A stretch of DNA of 7,227 nt from Nanobdellota archaeon (lineage in GTDB: Archaea; Nanobdellota; Nanobdellia; Nanobdellales; Nanobdellaceae). Below the pieces are notes generated by a model. It did not search any database and was not told where the DNA came from. It worked only from the letters and a program-made list of their open reading frames with translations. The DNA lies in the NCBI GenBank assembly GCA_020697515.1, contig JAIXNB010000032.1, forward strand, positions 1 to 7,227, in the 5' to 3' direction. The translations under genes and the position numbers were made by a program. Positions 4,239 through 7,227 of the stretch are shown here, piece after piece; the first letter of the stretch is position 1, and the number at the start of each line of letters is the position of its first letter.

Positions 4239-5486
4239 ATGCAAATATACGTTAGGGCAAGAAAAGATAAAGCCCTTTTGGACTATGTAAATGAGAAGGT
4301 ATATAATAGTTCGCTTACAATTAAAACATTTTGTGGAAAAAGGAAAGAAGAATTAATAGAGGAGATAAAACATCTGAAAAACAATCCCAAGGATTTTACA
4401 ATAGTTCTTCTTGGAAACGAAGATCGAAAATGGATAGATGAGGATATATCAGATGCTGTTACCAAGCTATATTTTGTTTCTAAGAAAAAAGTCAGAAATA
4501 CAAAGCCTAAAGCAATAGTTAAAGAAATAGAGATGGCAAAATCAAGATTTATTTTGGATATAGTGCTTGTAGAAGATTACTATAGATTAGGCAAAATGAG
4601 TAATTTCCTAAGGGAATTGATACCAGGATCAGACATATATTTGATATATTACAGTAATTACAAGGAAGTGCTCTCTAACTTCATAGAAATAAACAACTAC
4701 CCACTAGTATGGCATGTTAGAGACATAGACTATATATACTCGGCGGATAAGCTTATCGGAAAGATATTTAGGCCTCTAGACGGATTACTAAAATTTGTAA
4801 AATTAGGAAATGAAATAATAAATATTAATCTAGATAGAACTATCAAACATAATTTAGATTACATAAAAAGAAAAGAGAGGATGACTGTAGAAAAAATAAG
4901 GTTCTTGATGAATAAAATAGAGTTTGATAGAGTTATAGTTCCATGGTCTGGTGGTAAAGATTCTACATTACTTGTTACTCTACTGAAGAAACATAAAATA
5001 GAGTTTACACCTATATATGTAGATACTGGGTTAGAATTCGATGAGTCTAAAAAGTATATAGATAAAATTGCTAAAAGACTTGGTATAAAATATGAAACAG
5101 TATATGCAGAAATAGATAAAGCTCTGCGAAGTAATTCTTACGACCTCTTATTAGGCAGAAAATGTACTTTACTAAAAATATCCAACTTATACAAAAAAAT
5201 AGAAGAGATTGCAGAGAATCCCTTAATTATAAATGGAGATAGAATATCAGAATCTGAAAGTAGAAGTTTTAGACCCGAGCTAAGGAAAGATACTTTCTGG
5301 GTGCTTAGTCCTATAAAATACTGGTCATATTTGGACGAACAACTCTATTTTATTACAAACAATATTCCAGTAAATCCACTATATGAACTAGGTTTTTATA
5401 GAGTGGGTTGTTGGGTTTGTCCTTTTATAGATGTTTTTGAAAAATTTTTACTAAAAGAAACAAAATATGCAGATAAATTTCTATGA
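4239..5486 (+). CDS. PAPS-reductase-family PP-loop ATP pyrophosphatase domain (aa ~205-415) with an unrecognised ~200-aa N-terminal domain
   Basis: Motifs are VIVPWSGGKDSTLLV (SGGKDS at 4947..4964), PIYVDTGLEFDES, RKCTLLK, INGDRISESESR, SPIKYWS, NPLYELGFYRVGCWVCPF. This is colinear with the PF01507-type family (CysH/APS reductase/DndC). I recognise no family motif in aa 1-200. Confidence 0.85.
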   Translation: MQIYVRARKDKALLDYVNEKVYNSSLTIKTFCGKRKEELIEEIKHLKNNPKDFTIVLLGNEDRKWIDEDISDAVTKLYFVSKKKVRNTKPKAIVKEIEMAKSRFILDIVLVEDYYRLGKMSNFLRELIPGSDIYLIYYSNYKEVLSNFIEINNYPLVWHVRDIDYIYSADKLIGKIFRPLDGLLKFVKLGNEIININLDRTIKHNLDYIKRKERMTVEKIRFLMNKIEFDRVIVPWSGGKDSTLLVTLLKKHKIEFTPIYVDTGLEFDESKKYIDKIAKRLGIKYETVYAEIDKALRSNSYDLLLGRKCTLLKISNLYKKIEEIAENPLIINGDRISESESRSFRPELRKDTFWVLSPIKYWSYLDEQLYFITNNIPVNPLYELGFYRVGCWVCPFIDVFEKFLLKETKYADKFL

Positions 5487-6486
5487 GCTGCTGAAATGGC
5501 TGAGAGAGAACAAGAAAAAAATAAATAATACTTTAATAAAAAAAATTTACAAAACTTACAGAAATGGAATAATATTGGAACTTTTTAAGCCAGGTTTATC
5601 TAAAAAATATTTGTATTTAATCCCTGGTTTAGCTGTTTTTCTATCAGACAAAAAGATTAGTTTGCCTGCAGATAACTTTGTAATGCGTCTAAGAAAAGAT
5701 TTTGATGGCAAGAGAATCGAAATAGATATATATGATAATGAACGAATAGTTGTCGTTCGATCTAACGACAATAAGAAAATTTTTGTCGAACTGTTTCCGC
5801 CTGGTAACATAGTCGTCGTGGATGATAACGACACTATACAATATGCTTTGTTACAAAGAAATTTTGGAATAAGGAAAATAAGAAGAGGAGAAAAATATAT
5901 TCCACCACCAAGTAACTTTAAAATTCCAAATAACTTTGAGGAATTCAAGGAAATAATAGTAAATTCTAAAAGAAAAGATATTGTTAGGGCATTGGCAATT
6001 GATTTAAGGTTGGGAGGAAAATATGCTGAATTCTTGCTGGGTAAATTAAAGATAGATAAAAATAAAAAGCCTAAAGATTTATCTAATAGTGAGTTAGAAA
6101 TGTTATGGGTTGCATATAAGTCTTTCTTAACTAATAATAAAATTTATTATGACGGGTGGTCTAGAGACATTAATGAATCTATAGAAAAATATTATCTAAA
6201 GTATTTGGAAGAGGAAAGTTTAATTAAACTGAAGGAAAAAAAAGAAAAACTAGAAAACATATTAAAAACTCAATTAGAAAGTAAGTACAGATTACAGAGA
6301 GAGATAGAGAGATTACAGAAAATTGGCAACTTTTTAATGATTTATTCTTGGATTTTTGAGGAATACAACCCAAAGAATATTAAAAAAGAATTTGAAAAAT
6401 TAGGGGTAAAATTAGAAGTAAAAGATGATGGACCAAAATTAAAAATTAATATACGGGAGGAGGATTTAGAGAAACTTATAAGCTGA
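5467..6486 (+). CDS. NFACT-N domain protein (archaeal Rqc2/NEMF/RqcH, 'FbpA'-like ribosome quality-control factor), short form of 339 aa lacking NFACT-R/DUF814
   Basis: FVMRLRKDFDGKRIEIDIYDNERIVVV...IFVELFPPGNIVVVDDNDTI...RRGEKYIPPP is colinear with the RqcH segment FCMLLRKHIEG..IEKIEQ..LDRI...YVEI.G..SNIILTD...G.DYKLPP as I recall it. It is followed by an HhH-like segment (DIVRALAIDLRLGGKYAEFLL) and a coiled-coil segment (LKEKKEKLENILKTQLESKYRLQREIERLQ). The start overlaps the upstream gene by 20 nt. Confidence 0.8.
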   Translation: MQINFYELLKWLRENKKKINNTLIKKIYKTYRNGIILELFKPGLSKKYLYLIPGLAVFLSDKKISLPADNFVMRLRKDFDGKRIEIDIYDNERIVVVRSNDNKKIFVELFPPGNIVVVDDNDTIQYALLQRNFGIRKIRRGEKYIPPPSNFKIPNNFEEFKEIIVNSKRKDIVRALAIDLRLGGKYAEFLLGKLKIDKNKKPKDLSNSELEMLWVAYKSFLTNNKIYYDGWSRDINESIEKYYLKYLEEESLIKLKEKKEKLENILKTQLESKYRLQREIERLQKIGNFLMIYSWIFEEYNPKNIKKEFEKLGVKLEVKDDGPKLKINIREEDLEKLIS

Positions 6487-6489
6487 TCT

Positions 6490-7227
<738 letters not shown>

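Noticed and set aside
4283-4465. Track ORF (-, 60 aa)
   Set aside because: It is an antisense shadow within the PP-loop protein gene, with no recognisable motif.
5483-5486. A second ATGA at the PP-loop gene stop as the NFACT start
   Set aside because: ATG 5483 is out of frame with the NFACT ORF. The in-frame ATG 5467 gives an N-terminus (MQINFYELL...) consistent with the family.
5556-5948. Track ORF (-, 130 aa)
   Set aside because: It is antisense to the NFACT-N region, which aligns convincingly to the family, and its product is low complexity.

Overview
This is a visibly AT-rich, tightly packed archaeal window (GC content not computed). The supporting signs are two GC-rich, intron-less class-II tRNAs with all-G:C acceptor stems, TATA-like octamers at -30..-23 from three start codons, an ABCE1 gene, an NFACT (Rqc2/NEMF-type) gene and a candidate C/D-box sRNA. 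I infer a thermophilic, fast-evolving, small-genome archaeon, Nanoarchaeota/DPANN-like. Left to right: (1) 1..1033 (-), the 5' part of a secreted repeat-protein gene that the ORF track missed because it has no stop in the window. It carries a 76-bp nucleotide-identical Cys-cassette three times. (2) Tandem tRNA-Leu(UAG) and tRNA-Ser(GCU) on the minus strand, 4 nt apart. (3) A plus-strand cluster: a DHH/DHHA1 phosphoesterase (1345..2385), joined by an ATGA overlap to a 12-TM APC-type permease fused in frame to a SAM-methyltransferase domain (2382..4166). (4) A candidate C/D-box sRNA on the minus strand in the only GC-rich intergenic patch (4159..4208). (5) A PAPS-reductase-family PP-loop protein with an unrecognised ~200-aa N-terminal domain (4239..5486). 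It overlaps by 20 nt an NFACT-N protein (5467..6486) that stops in the coiled-coil/middle region and lacks NFACT-R. (6) The C-terminal NBD2 half of ABCE1/RLI (6490..7227, -, running off the window), convergent with the NFACT gene with 3 nt between stop codons. No CRISPR array, transposase or rRNA was seen. The most unusual items are the cassette repeats in the surface protein, the permease-methyltransferase fusion, the truncated or split NFACT gene beside ABCE1, and the PP-loop protein's novel N-domain. All family assignments come from motifs read by eye, with no searches run.
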